Shown piece by piece: positions 16,271-26,100 of a DNA stretch of 64,000 bases (its first letter is position 1; each line of letters begins with the position of its first letter). The stretch is from an uncultured Myxococcales bacterium (GTDB lineage: Bacteria; Desulfobacterota; Binatia; UBA1149; CAITLU01), in NCBI GenBank assembly GCA_964476185.1, contig CAYYZO010000006.1, forward strand, positions 16,529 to 80,528, given 5' to 3'. The notes under the pieces are model-generated. The model made no database searches. It was given only the letters and a program-made list of their open reading frames with translations, and was not told the DNA's origin. A program made the translations under genes and the position numbers.

Positions 16271-17584
16271 TTAAGCGGAGGCCGCACCGGCCTGTTCCTG
16301 GTGGAACGGGCAGCCGCCGGAGGTCGTCGCCGATGCCTCGGAGCGCTTCGCCGGAGTGTACCGTACCGGCATCTCCTTGACGCCGTGGATGAAGTTGGAG
16401 CGGAGGAAGCGGATCGGGCCGGCCGCCTCGATGTCCGGGACCCGCGTCAGCAGTTCGGTGAAGATCGAGCGCAACTGGCAGCGCGCGAAGCTCGCGCCGA
16501 GGCAGTAGTGCTCGCCGATGCCGAGGCCAAGGTGCTCGGGGATGCGGCGCGTGACGTCGAAGCGGTCGGGGTCCTCGAACACATCCTCGTCGCGGTTGGC
16601 CGACGGATACCACATCACGACCTTGTCGCCTTTCTTCAGCGTCTTGCCGCGCAGCTCGAAGTCCTCGGTCAGGGTGCGCCGGAAGTGCATCACGGCCGGG
16701 TTGTAGCGAAGGAACTCCTCGACGGCGTTCGGGATCAGCGACGGGTTCTCGACCAGCTTCCTGCGCTCCTCGGGGTGCTCCATCAGGAGGCGCATGCCGT
16801 GCGCGGTCAGCGTGCGGGTGGTCTCGTTTCCCGCGATCATCAGCATCAGGAAGAAGTAATTGTACTGGAACGCGTCCATCGACTCGCCGTCGACCTTGCC
16901 GTGGTAGAGCGCGCTCGCGAGGTTGTCCTTCGGGCACTCGGCGACGAGGTCGCGCAGTTTCTGCCCGTACATGCAGACTTCGGCCGCCGCGATCCGTCCC
17001 TCGTCGAAGGAACCGATCAGTTCCGGATCGTCGAAGCCCACGAGCCGGTTGCTGAGGTCGAACAGCCGCGCCTGGTCTTCTTCCGGCACGCCGACGATCT
17101 CCATGATCGTCTTCATCGGCAGCTGGGCGGCCACGTCCATGACGAAGTCGCAGCTGCCCCGCTCGACGATGTCGTCGACGATCTCGCGCGCGAGGTCGCG
17201 GATGTGCGGCTCCAGGCGCTCGATCATCCGGGGAGTGAAGTTGTGGGCGACCAGGCGCCGGTACTTCACGTGCGTCGGCGGGTCCATGTTGAGCATCATG
17301 GACCGCGTTCCGTCGAGGTCCTCGCCGTGCAGGTCGAAGATGTTCGTGCCGCCCTCCCACGACGAGAACAGCATCGGGTTGCGCGACATCATCTTGATGT
17401 CCTCGTACTTCGTGATCGACCAGAAGCCGCGCCCGTTGCGCTCGACCTCGTGGCGCGTGTCGTTCCAGTGCACCGGATCCTCCCGGCGCAACCGGCGGAA
17501 GTAGTCGTGCGGGAATCCGTCGGCGAACGAGTCGGGGTTCGCCAGGTCGAGGTCGGGAAGGCTGGAAGCATCGGTTCGGGTCAT
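16271..17584 (-). CDS. cytochrome P450 (CYP125/CYP142/CYP124-like)
   Basis: Heme-binding loop LGLGIGEHYCLGASFAR, the EXXR block EEFLRYNPAV and the I-helix MLMIAGNETT. N-terminal MTRTDASSLPDLDLANPDSFADGFPHDYF. Confidence 0.9.
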   Translation of the reverse strand: MTRTDASSLPDLDLANPDSFADGFPHDYFRRLRREDPVHWNDTRHEVERNGRGFWSITKYEDIKMMSRNPMLFSSWEGGTNIFDLHGEDLDGTRSMMLNMDPPTHVKYRRLVAHNFTPRMIERLEPHIRDLAREIVDDIVERGSCDFVMDVAAQLPMKTIMEIVGVPEEDQARLFDLSNRLVGFDDPELIGSFDEGRIAAAEVCMYGQKLRDLVAECPKDNLASALYHGKVDGESMDAFQYNYFFLMLMIAGNETTRTLTAHGMRLLMEHPEERRKLVENPSLIPNAVEEFLRYNPAVMHFRRTLTEDFELRGKTLKKGDKVVMWYPSANRDEDVFEDPDRFDVTRRIPEHLGLGIGEHYCLGASFARCQLRSIFTELLTRVPDIEAAGPIRFLRSNFIHGVKEMPVRYTPAKRSEASATTSGGCPFHQEQAGAASA

Positions 17585-17710
17585 CGCTGCAACTCCCTGT
17601 GTGGTCTTGGGCGCCGGGCCGTCCTAGACTCCGGGTTCGCTCGAGCGCGCGGTCCGGCACGGAGCCGGGCCGCTGCGCGAGGATCGAGCGTGAACGAACG
17701 TTTGTTGGGT

Positions 17711-17718
17711 AACAGGTT
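17711..17718. promoter_or_regulatory. AACAGGTT core (KstR-like AACnnGTT half-palindrome) in divergent P450/tetR intergenic region
   Basis: ...TTGGGTAACAGGTTTGCC... at 17705-17722. The same AACAGGTT core recurs upstream of the second TetR gene at 41302-41311. It is short and unsupported by other evidence. Confidence 0.2.
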
Positions 17719-17835
17719 TGCCGAGGTGCGGCAAGACCTGAATTGTCCCCGGTGCGGGCGGCTCGCCGCTTCGAGAGCGGCCGAATCCCCGGTTGATCTC
17801 GCGGCTCCGCCCCGGCGGGCCGCACAGGAGACGCC

Positions 17836-18474
17836 ATGACGACCGGAACCATCGATCCCGCGGCCGGGGACGTCCGGACGACCCGGGAACGCATCCTCGA
17901 TGCCGCCGAGCAGGTGTTCGCCGAAAAGGGCCTCGGGGCGGCGCCGGTCCGGGACATCGCGGCGCGGGTCGGGCTCAATCCGGCGAGCCTCTACAACCAC
18001 TTCGCCGGCAAGGAAGAACTCTACGAGGCCGTGCTCGAACGGGGGCTGACCCCCGTGCTCGAGATGCTCTCGGACCTCATGAGCGGCCAGCGCACCCGGG
18101 ACCGCGAGGAGAAGGCGATCGACCGCGTGGTGCTCCACTTCGCGGCCAGCCCGAACCTGGCCAAGCTGATCCACTACGAGACCCTGTCCGGCGGGGAGCG
18201 GCTCGCGAAGATCGCCGGGCGCTGGTTCGAGCCGGTCTACCAGCGCGGCTTCGAGGTGCTGAACGCGAGCCGGGCCGCCGAGCTCTGGAGCGAGCAGGAG
18301 ATCCCGCTGCTGCTGCTGGCCTTCCAGAACCTGATCGTCGGCTATTTCGCGATGGTCCCGCTCGTGCAGCAGGTGTTCGGGTTCGATCCTGTCTCCCCCG
18401 AAGGAATCGAGCGCCAGACCGCCTTCCTGCACAAAGTCGCCTACCTGCTGGTCCCGCCCCGCGACGGAGAGTGA
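17836..18474 (+). CDS. TetR/AcrR-family transcriptional regulator (divergent from P450)
   Basis: RERILDAAEQVFAEKGLGAAPVRDIAARVGLNPASLYNHFAGKEELYEAV is the TetR HTH. The product is 212 aa. Confidence 0.85.
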   Translation: MTTGTIDPAAGDVRTTRERILDAAEQVFAEKGLGAAPVRDIAARVGLNPASLYNHFAGKEELYEAVLERGLTPVLEMLSDLMSGQRTRDREEKAIDRVVLHFAASPNLAKLIHYETLSGGERLAKIAGRWFEPVYQRGFEVLNASRAAELWSEQEIPLLLLAFQNLIVGYFAMVPLVQQVFGFDPVSPEGIERQTAFLHKVAYLLVPPRDGE

Positions 18475-20474
18475 GCGAGGCTCGCGAACGCGGCCGCGGC
18501 AAACGGACCCGCCGCCGGGGACGCCTGCTGGTCGTCCTCGCGTTCGTCGTCGCGCTGGCCGCGCTGGTCCGGGCGCTGCTCGGCCTCTATTCCGCGGACC
18601 TCTTCCTCGTCGTCGCCCGCGAGGCCGCGCGCGGCGGCGGACTCCAGATTCTTCTCGAGGAAGAGCCGACGGTGAACCTCGCCGGTTTCGAGGCTCGAAG
18701 CGTCACGGTGCGGGACGCCTCGGGCGAGGAGCTGCTCCGGGCAGGTGGCATCTCCGGGCAGGTCCAATGGTTCCTGCACGACCCCTGGATCGGCCTGTCG
18801 CTCACGCTTCGTGACACCCTCGTTCCGTGGCGCGAGAGTTCCGGCGCCAGCCGGGCGGAGCGACCGCAGGGGCCGCTCGTTCCGTCGGTCCCGGCGCAAC
18901 TGGCGGGCGTCGTGCTGGAGCGCGCGCGTGTCGAACTCGGCGAGGGACGCGCGGTGCAGCTCGACGCCGAGTTTCGGTTCGACGGCGGAATCGCGGCCGA
19001 AGTCCGGCGGCTCGACTACGAGGAGCTGACCGGCGAGATCGTCGCCGAGAAGCTGGCGGGCTCGCTTCGCCTCGATCGCGCAGCGGCGCCGGCCGAGTCG
19101 TGGAACGTGGATGTCGCGGTGCGCTCCGGTAGCGCGCTGGTCGGGCCGGTGCTGCTCGATCTCGAGACCCACGCATTCACCGTCTCGGCGAACATCGCCC
19201 GCGATGCGGGCGCATCGCTGCTGGTTTCCGGCGCGACCGCGACGTTCGGACGCCTCCTGCGCGGCTCGGGCCAGCTGCGGTGGTCCGCGGACGGGGGCGT
19301 CGAGGGCGCGGACGTCCAACTCGCCACGAGCACGCTTGGCGACGCGTTCGTCACGCTCGTGCGCGAGCCGTTCTCCGGCGTGGCGCCGCCGCTGGCGGGG
19401 ACGTCGGTGGAGGGCCGCGCCGAGTTCGCGCTGCGTTTCGACCGACCGTCGGCCGGGGCTGCGGTCGCCACGCTCTCTGTTTCCCTGCCGACGCTGCGCG
19501 CCCCCGCCGTCGAGGCCGAGCGGCTCGAGGCGGTCCTGCCGTGGAGCGGCGTCGCGGTTCCCGGCCGCGCTGCGCGCGAGGGCCGTCTGCGCGCCGAAAG
19601 GTTGTCGCTGATGGGACTCGGCTGGACCGGCGTCGCCGCGCCGCTCGTTGCGATACCCGGGCGGCTTCGCACCACCGCCGCCCAGGATTGGAAGAGCGAC
19701 GCCGGGACGATTCACCTGGCTGAGCTTGCGGTCGTCGAGGACTCGTCCGGCTTCCGGTTGGAAGCCGTCGTGGACCGGCTCGAACTCGACGTCGCGCGGC
19801 TCGGTGCTGCCCTCGGCGTCCAAGGCCTGGACGGGCGTTTGACCTCCGGTCGCAGCCGCCTTCGTCTGGACGCCGAGACGCTGCGCAGTGACGCCACGCT
19901 GACGGTCTCCGCATTCGGCGGCACGATCGAGCTGTCGAACCTGTTCGCCGACCATCCGTTCCGGCGCGTTCCCGAGTTCGGTTTGGACGCGAGGCTCGCG
20001 GAGGTCGATCTCGGGTCGCTGACGTCGTGGCTCGGCGCCGGCCGCGTGACCGGCGTGCTCGAAGGAACCGTTCGCGGTCTGGTCATCGCGGACGGCCAGC
20101 CGCAGGCGCTCGACGCGGACCTGCACACGGTCGAGCGACGCGGGGTCTCGCAGCACGTGGACGTTCGCGCGATCGTCCAGCTCGGGGTCCTCGGCGGCGG
20201 CGACAGCGGGTCGCTGACGGGGACGCTCCTCCGGTTCGTGGACCGTTACCGCTATGCAAAGCTCGGCGTGCGCTGCCGGTTGCGGAACGACGTGTTCGAA
20301 CTGCGCGGGGTCGAGACGCAGGGCGGCAAGGACTACATCGTCAAGGGCAGCCTGCTGCCGCCGTCGGTCAGCGTGGTCAGTCATTCGCAAGTCGTGTCGT
20401 TCTCGGAGATGCTTCGACGCATCGAGAGGATCACGGCGATGGACGAAGGAGGAACCCCCGATGCGGAGCCATGA
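18471..20474 (+). CDS. YdbH-like AsmA-family protein (large periplasm-spanning, N-terminal TM anchor)
   Basis: GTG 18471 overlaps the tetR stop (GTGA). TM helix LLVVLAFVVALAALVRALLGL; long beta-rich repeats; C-terminal ...GVRCRLRNDVFELRGVETQGGKDYIVKGSLLPPSVSVV. The domain assignment rests on the gene order YdbH then YnbE/YdbL. Confidence 0.65.
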   Translation: MSEARERGRGKRTRRRGRLLVVLAFVVALAALVRALLGLYSADLFLVVAREAARGGGLQILLEEEPTVNLAGFEARSVTVRDASGEELLRAGGISGQVQWFLHDPWIGLSLTLRDTLVPWRESSGASRAERPQGPLVPSVPAQLAGVVLERARVELGEGRAVQLDAEFRFDGGIAAEVRRLDYEELTGEIVAEKLAGSLRLDRAAAPAESWNVDVAVRSGSALVGPVLLDLETHAFTVSANIARDAGASLLVSGATATFGRLLRGSGQLRWSADGGVEGADVQLATSTLGDAFVTLVREPFSGVAPPLAGTSVEGRAEFALRFDRPSAGAAVATLSVSLPTLRAPAVEAERLEAVLPWSGVAVPGRAAREGRLRAERLSLMGLGWTGVAAPLVAIPGRLRTTAAQDWKSDAGTIHLAELAVVEDSSGFRLEAVVDRLELDVARLGAALGVQGLDGRLTSGRSRLRLDAETLRSDATLTVSAFGGTIELSNLFADHPFRRVPEFGLDARLAEVDLGSLTSWLGAGRVTGVLEGTVRGLVIADGQPQALDADLHTVERRGVSQHVDVRAIVQLGVLGGGDSGSLTGTLLRFVDRYRYAKLGVRCRLRNDVFELRGVETQGGKDYIVKGSLLPPSVSVVSHSQVVSFSEMLRRIERITAMDEGGTPDAEP

Positions 20475-21087
20475 CGACGTTTCTTCCGGATGGACCCGAT
20501 GGCGCTCGCGCCTGCTGCTGCCCGTGCTCGCCGCCGCCGCGTTTTCGGCCTGCGTGACGGTCAACATCTACTTCCCGGCTCCGGAGGTCCGGCAGGCCGC
20601 CGAACAGATCGTCGAGGAAACCTGGGGATCGGCCGAGGCGCCGGCCGCGCCTGGGCCGCAGTCGCGCGTGCTGCGCAGCCTGTTCTTGGCGGCCTCGGCG
20701 TTGCTGTCGCCGGCCGAGGCCCACGCAGCCGACGTGGACGTGAACGTCTCGACAGCCTCGATCCGCGCGCTGAAGGAGAGCATGCGCACGCGGGCAGCCG
20801 AACTGAAGCCGCACCTGGCGAGCGGCCTCGTCGGCATCGGCCGCGACGGCATGCTCGTGGAGCGCGACGGCTCCGGCGCGGACCTGGCGACCAAGGCCAA
20901 GGTGAGGCGGCTCGTCGATGCCGAGAACCGCGATCGCGAGGCCCTCTACCGCGAGATCGCGACCGCGAACAACTACGGCAGCGAGCGCGTCGACGACATC
21001 CGGCGCATTTTCGCGCAGACCTGGAAGGACAAGGCCGAGCCCGGCTGGTGGATCCAGGACGCGAGCGGCGCCTGGAAACGCAAGTAG
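20461..21087 (+). CDS. YnbE-like lipoprotein fused to YdbL (DUF1318)-like domain
   Basis: Signal peptide plus lipobox ...LLLPVLAAAAFSAC followed by VTVNIYFPAPEV (YnbE-like). The C-terminus ASGLVGIGRDGMLVER...KAKVRRLVDAENRDREALYREIATANNYGSERVDDIRRIFAQTWKDKAEPGWWIQDASGAWKRK matches the YdbL/DUF1318 consensus. The start overlaps the ydbH-like 3' end by 14 nt. Confidence 0.7.
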   Translation: MRSHDDVSSGWTRWRSRLLLPVLAAAAFSACVTVNIYFPAPEVRQAAEQIVEETWGSAEAPAAPGPQSRVLRSLFLAASALLSPAEAHAADVDVNVSTASIRALKESMRTRAAELKPHLASGLVGIGRDGMLVERDGSGADLATKAKVRRLVDAENRDREALYREIATANNYGSERVDDIRRIFAQTWKDKAEPGWWIQDASGAWKRK

Positions 21088-21097
21088 GGCCGCCGGA

Positions 21098-22642
21098 TCA
21101 CGGCGGGGTCTGGTTTCGCCAGGACCGCTGCAGGCCGAACAGCACCGTGAGCGCCGCGAGCAGCCCGGCGATGCTGGGCACGAGTCCGGGTGCCGTCGCC
21201 GCCAGAGTCATGCGCGAAGGCGGCGACGGGATCTCGAAGAGGCCGACGGCCTTGCGGCGCTGGATCGGGATGCCGATGTCGGCGCCGTCCGGGGCGATCG
21301 CGCCGGAGATACCGCCGTTGGCCGCGCGAACCATCGGGCGCCGCAGTTCGACCGTGCGCAAGGCGCTCATCGCGTAGTGCTGTTCGGGGCCCGCGCCGCC
21401 GGAGAACCAGGCGTCGTTCGAGAGGTTGACGAGCAGGTCCGCTCCGCCGAGCACGGCTTTTCGGGCGTACTCGGGATAGACCGCCTCGAAGCAGATGAGC
21501 GGGGAGACCTTCCAGCCCTTCACCTCGAACCACGCTGCCCGGTCGCCGGCGCGATAGTGCGCCGCGTCCACGATCTCCGAAGACCCGGCCGGTGAGCTCT
21601 CCACGTACGGAAGCAGGCGCTGCTTGTCGTACGTGCGAGGCTCGGACGCATCGGGCGGGAAGAACCATGCGCTGTTGTAGACGGCAGCACGGCCGTCGCC
21701 GGTCGATTCGCTCCGCGGCGCTCCGAGCAGGATCGCGGCGCGCAGCGACGAAGCCAGTCCGGACAGGCGCGAGCGGGCCGAGGAGTCGGAATCGAGCAGG
21801 AACGGAACCGAGCTCTCCGGCCACACGACGAGGTCGACCGTGCCCGGCTCGAGGTTCCGCGTCGCGTTCATGTAGGCGTTCCAGTGCTCGATGCGACGGG
21901 CGGGATCCCAGACCTCGCGGCTGGGGATCTCGGCCTGGACCACGGCGACGCGAAGCGGCTTGTGCGGCGAGATGCGCTGCTCGCGGGTCTGCTCGGCGAG
22001 GCCGAGTCCCGTCAGCACCAGCAGCGACAGGAGCGTCAGCTTCATGCAGTTCGACGCGCTTCGCGAGTCCGCGTCGGGCTGCACGCCGACCCCGATGGCG
22101 CTGCCGCAGACGGCGGCTGCCCATCCGAGGAAGGCCTCGCCGCCGAACGAGGCCGCTTCGCGCAGGACCGGCAGGCCGGCGAAGGCCTGGCCGAGCGTTG
22201 CCCACGTGTTGCCGAACGGATCCATTCCGCGGATCGCCTCGACCGTCGTCCAGACCGACGCGATCCCGAGGACGCGCAGGACCGGCGGCACGAACGCGAG
22301 AAGGCGGATGCCGATGAAGGCCGGCACATAGAACGTCGCGACGTACGCCGCGTTGACCACCAGCGTGAACCCGAGCGACCACAGGATGCCGCGATCGAAG
22401 TAGTCGGCCGCCGCGCTGAACATCCAAGGCCCGACGATCGCCAGCGAAGCGAGCCAGCCGAACGCGAAGCCCCAGAGTCCCGCGCGCGGGATCGAGCAGC
22501 GCATCGTCGGGTTCGCGAACACGAGCGTGATCGGCGTCAGGGCCAGGAACACGAGCGGCGCGACGTGGAACGGATGGTACAGCAGCGCGAACACGATCGT
22601 CGCTACGGCGACGCTGGCGGCCTGGACGATCAGCGGCGACAT
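21098..22642 (-). CDS. lnt: apolipoprotein N-acyltransferase
   Basis: A multi-TM N-terminus is followed by a CN-hydrolase domain (RVAVVQAEIPSREVWD...VDLVVWPESSVPF...LICFEAVYPEY). ATG 22642 (MSPLIVQAAS). It is convergent with the YnbE::YdbL gene with a 10-nt gap. Confidence 0.85.
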   Translation of the reverse strand: MSPLIVQAASVAVATIVFALLYHPFHVAPLVFLALTPITLVFANPTMRCSIPRAGLWGFAFGWLASLAIVGPWMFSAAADYFDRGILWSLGFTLVVNAAYVATFYVPAFIGIRLLAFVPPVLRVLGIASVWTTVEAIRGMDPFGNTWATLGQAFAGLPVLREAASFGGEAFLGWAAAVCGSAIGVGVQPDADSRSASNCMKLTLLSLLVLTGLGLAEQTREQRISPHKPLRVAVVQAEIPSREVWDPARRIEHWNAYMNATRNLEPGTVDLVVWPESSVPFLLDSDSSARSRLSGLASSLRAAILLGAPRSESTGDGRAAVYNSAWFFPPDASEPRTYDKQRLLPYVESSPAGSSEIVDAAHYRAGDRAAWFEVKGWKVSPLICFEAVYPEYARKAVLGGADLLVNLSNDAWFSGGAGPEQHYAMSALRTVELRRPMVRAANGGISGAIAPDGADIGIPIQRRKAVGLFEIPSPPSRMTLAATAPGLVPSIAGLLAALTVLFGLQRSWRNQTPP

Positions 22643-22737
22643 CGGGTCGGGCTCCCGGGGGCCGGGCAGGGGCCGCGCTGCGCCGCTTCCGCGCGTCCGT
22701 GTTGCGAACACGGGGAGAGTGCGGCATCGGGGTGGGC

Positions 22738-23325
22738 ATGGGCGAAGAACGGGGCCAGCGGTTCGCGGGCGTGCATGTCGCGCCCAGTGCTTCCATCTAC
22801 GGCGAGGTCGACATCGGGGCGGGCTCGTCGGTCTGGCCGAACGCCGTCGTGCGGGCCGAGTGCCAGCACGTCCGCGTCGGCCGGGTGACGAACCTGCAGG
22901 ACTTCGCGATGGTCCACGTCGGGTACGACCACCCGACCTTGATCGGCGACTTCTGTTCGATCACGCACCACGCGACCATCCACGGCGCGACGGTGGGCGA
23001 CGCCTGCCTCGTCGGCATCGGCGCCGTGCTGATGGACGGCGTCGTGCTGGGCGCCGGATCGATCGTGGCCGGCGGGGCCGTCCTGACCGAAGGGTCGGTG
23101 TTCGAGCCGGGCTCCATCGTGGCGGGAGTGCCGGCCCGGACGATCAAGCGGCGAGACGCGACGCGCGAGAATCGGTTGAACGCCTGGCTCTACCACCGCA
23201 ACGCGCTCGCGTACGCGCGCGGCGAGCATCGCGCCTGGCACGGCGAGGAGTTCGATCGCTGGAAGGCCGAACTGCTGCGCGAACTCGAGACCGACGCGGA
23301 TCTCGAGCGCCTGCGGCGAACGTGA
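22738..23325 (+). CDS. gamma-class carbonic anhydrase / hexapeptide-repeat (LbH) family protein (PaaY/YrdA-like)
   Basis: MGEERGQRFAGVHVAPSASIYGEVDIGAGSSVWPNAVVRAE...GRVTNLQDFAMVHVG...IGDFCSITHHATIHGATVGDACLVGIGAVLMDGVVLG are hexapeptide repeats. Confidence 0.8.
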   Translation: MGEERGQRFAGVHVAPSASIYGEVDIGAGSSVWPNAVVRAECQHVRVGRVTNLQDFAMVHVGYDHPTLIGDFCSITHHATIHGATVGDACLVGIGAVLMDGVVLGAGSIVAGGAVLTEGSVFEPGSIVAGVPARTIKRRDATRENRLNAWLYHRNALAYARGEHRAWHGEEFDRWKAELLRELETDADLERLRRT

Positions 23326-23378
23326 TTGCGCGGCCCGCGTTCGCGCGGCGCCGTCTTCCCCTGGATCCCGAACGAGGG

Positions 23379-23792
23379 TCACGCGAACACGACGATCGCC
23401 GAGCCCGGCGTCGTTTTCTTCCCCTCCGCGTTCTCGGTCCAGATGTCGAGCTCGACGACCTTTTCCCCCGCGTCGTTCGACTTCTTCTTCACGGTTCCCT
23501 TGCAGACGAATTCCTTGTTCGGCAGGTCCATGCCGCGGTACTGGCAGGAGATCTTGCGGATTCGGCCGGCATGCCCGAGCCAGTTCGACACGTACTCTCC
23601 GAGCGAGGCGTACTTGAACCGGCCGTGCACGATGATCGACCCGATCTGCTTGGCCTGCGGGAAGGCGTAGTCGTGGTGCAGCGGGTTGAAGTCGCCGCTC
23701 CCGGCCGAGTACTTGACGAGCGTCTGCAGCGTCGGCGTCTTGCGCATCTCGGGGAGCGCGTCCCCTTCGCGGATGTCTTCGAATCGAGCCAT
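23379..23792 (-). CDS. MaoC-like (R)-specific enoyl-CoA hydratase, hotdog fold (C-terminal-type subunit)
   Basis: MARFEDIREGDALPEMRKTPTLQTLVKYSAGSGDFNPLHHDYAFPQAKQIGSIIVHGRF has the NPLH motif. Confidence 0.8.
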   Translation of the reverse strand: MARFEDIREGDALPEMRKTPTLQTLVKYSAGSGDFNPLHHDYAFPQAKQIGSIIVHGRFKYASLGEYVSNWLGHAGRIRKISCQYRGMDLPNKEFVCKGTVKKKSNDAGEKVVELDIWTENAEGKKTTPGSAIVVFA

Positions 23793-23803
23793 GTCCCCGT
23801 GCC

Positions 23804-24291
23804 TCAGTAATAGATGACCTGGGAGGTCTGCCTGGCGGCGATCCTGCCCGTGGCCTTGTTGGTGTACGTGGTGACCATCGTGACGAGCAGCATCCTGCCG
23901 CCGAGGGCGGGGCTCGGCGCGACCTTGAGGTCGACGAGCTTCTGCACCGCGACGAGCGTGTCGCCGGCGCAGATGTCGTCGAAGGTCTCGGTCTCGGTGC
24001 CGCCGTCGAGCAGTCCCTTGAGGCCGTGGTTCACGTTCGGAATGCCTTCGGTCGGGCCGCTGAACGTGTCGCTGCAGCGTCCGGGCAGGAACACGGCCGT
24101 CCCGAGGTAGGTGGGCGGCGCGGGGAGACTCCGGTAGCCGGCCTGCCGGGCCGCCTCGACGTCGAAGTAGACGGGGTCGGTGTATCCGACCCCGCGCGCG
24201 AACATCCGCACGCTGGTGGTCGTGACCTCGAAGTCCCAGGGCGGCGATTCCTTGCCGATCTGGGCCTTCATGTCGTCGGTGAGATCGATGG
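23804..24291 (-). CDS. MaoC N-terminal-like hotdog protein (non-catalytic partner subunit of heterodimeric hydratase, ChsH1/ChsH2-N-like)
   Basis: [68 protein letters not shown] start at 24291 (alternative ATG 24261). It is adjacent to and co-oriented with the MaoC gene. Confidence 0.7.
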
Positions 24292-24690
24292 TTTCGGCCA
24301 CGGGGTGCTCCTCGGCGGGGCCGTCGCGCGTTCGGTCGGATGGGGGGCGGTCGAAAACGGACGGCGGGTTTCGGCAGTCGCGATTCAAGCAGCCCGCCTG
24401 GGGTAGAGCAACGCAGCGAAGGTGCCGAAAACGCTGGACGGGCGCGCGGGGTAGGGCCGACGGGGGCGGGCGTGGGGTCGACGCCCGACCGAGGGCGCGG
24501 TCGCCGGTTGGGCGTAGCGCGTCCGGCGCGGCGAGCGGAGTGCTCCTGGCCGGACCGGGGCGCCGCCGGATCGGTCGTGGCTCGCTTTCGGCGCGGCGTT
24601 CGGTTAACTGCAAGGTCGTGCACCGCGGCGGGCGGGCGCCAAATCCAGCAGTCCGGCCCGACCGGCCGGCCGATCGAACAGGAGAGCAGC

Positions 24691-25881
24691 ATGGGCAGGA
24701 AAGTATTCGTCGTCGGTGTCGGCATGACCAAGTTCGAGAAGCCCGGAGCGAAGGCCTGGGACTACCCGGACATGGCGAAGGAGGCCGGCACGCGCGCGCT
24801 CGAGGACGCCGGGGTGTCGTTCGACAAGATCGAGCAGATCGCGGTCGGTTACTGCTACGGCGACTCGACCGCCGGACAGCGCGCCGTCTACGAGCTCGGG
24901 ATCACCGGCGTGCCGATCTACAACGTGAACAACAACTGCTCGACCGGTTCGACGGCGCTCTTCATGGCCAAGCAGTTCATCGAGGGCGGCCTCGCCGACT
25001 GCACCCTCGCGCTCGGCTTCGAGAAGATGGAGAAAGGCTCCCTCGGGATGAAGTTCCAGGACCGCACGAACCCGATGGACAAGCACTTCGGCGAGATGGT
25101 CGCGCTGCGCGGCTTCGCGAGCGCCCCGGGCGCGCCGCAGTTCTTCGGCAACGCCGGCATCGAGCACATGGAGAAGTACGGGACGACGGCCGAGTCGTTC
25201 GCGCGCATCGGCCAGAAGAACCACAAGCACTCGGTCAACAACCCGTACTCGCAGTTCCGCGACGAGTACTCGCTCGAGGACATCCTGAACGCGCCGACCG
25301 TCTACGGGCCGCTGACGAAGCTGCAGTGCTGCCCGACCTCCGACGGCGCGGGCGCCGCGATCCTCGCCAGCGAGGACTTCGTGAAGAAGCACGGCCTCGA
25401 GAAGACCGCGGTCGAGATCGTCGGCATGGCGATGGCCACGGACTTCCCGTCCACGTTCGAGGAGCACTCGTGCATCAAGCTCGTCGGCGCGGACATGACG
25501 CGCAAGGCGGCCGAGAAGGTCTACGAGCAGTCCGGCCTCGGACCCGACGACGTGCAGGTCGTCGAACTGCACGACTGCTTCTCGTGCAACGAGCTGATCA
25601 CCTACGAGGGCCTGAAGCTGTGCCCGGAGGGCAAGGGCGGGGAGCTGATCGATTCCGGCGCCGTCACCTACGGCGGCAAGTGGGTCGTGAACCCGTCCGG
25701 CGGCCTGATCTCGAAGGGCCACCCGCTCGGCGCCACGGGCCTCGCGCAGTGCGCGGAGCTGAACTGGCAGCTGCGCGGCCAGGCCGACAAGCGCCAGGTC
25801 GAAGGCGCGCGGGTGGGGTTGCAGCACAACCTCGGTCTCGGCGGCGCGGCCGTCGTGACGATGTACCGTCGCGAGGCTTGA
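24691..25881 (+). CDS. SCP-x-type thiolase (Ltp3/Ltp4-like propanoyl-CoA C-acyltransferase family)
   Basis: [19 protein letters not shown]...[14 protein letters not shown]...[18 protein letters not shown]...[34 protein letters not shown] lies upstream of ATG 24691. Confidence 0.85.
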   Translation: MGRKVFVVGVGMTKFEKPGAKAWDYPDMAKEAGTRALEDAGVSFDKIEQIAVGYCYGDSTAGQRAVYELGITGVPIYNVNNNCSTGSTALFMAKQFIEGGLADCTLALGFEKMEKGSLGMKFQDRTNPMDKHFGEMVALRGFASAPGAPQFFGNAGIEHMEKYGTTAESFARIGQKNHKHSVNNPYSQFRDEYSLEDILNAPTVYGPLTKLQCCPTSDGAGAAILASEDFVKKHGLEKTAVEIVGMAMATDFPSTFEEHSCIKLVGADMTRKAAEKVYEQSGLGPDDVQVVELHDCFSCNELITYEGLKLCPEGKGGELIDSGAVTYGGKWVVNPSGGLISKGHPLGATGLAQCAELNWQLRGQADKRQVEGARVGLQHNLGLGGAAVVTMYRREA

Positions 25882-26100
25882 AGCGGCGCTGCTCGACGCC
25901 GGCGCCGGTCGTCCCTCGGGTCGGCCGGCTGCCGGCGGCGCCGCGACCTGGACAGGGCGGTTCGGGGCGTTCGGGCAACCGTTGCGACATTTCACCATCG
26001 ACTTCACGGCGGAGCCGCCGATCGCAAGGAGGCGCTCCTTCATTCGCCGGCACGGGCGCGCATCCGCGCCGGGCTACCGCGACGGGAGAACGAGGGACCC

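Noticed and set aside
25882-26100. 220-bp intergenic region after the third thiolase, scanned for tRNA, small RNA or terminator.
   Set aside because: Only short imperfect GC palindromes are present (for example CGGCGCCG, which is self-complementary by composition). There is no cloverleaf-compatible structure and no convincing hairpin.
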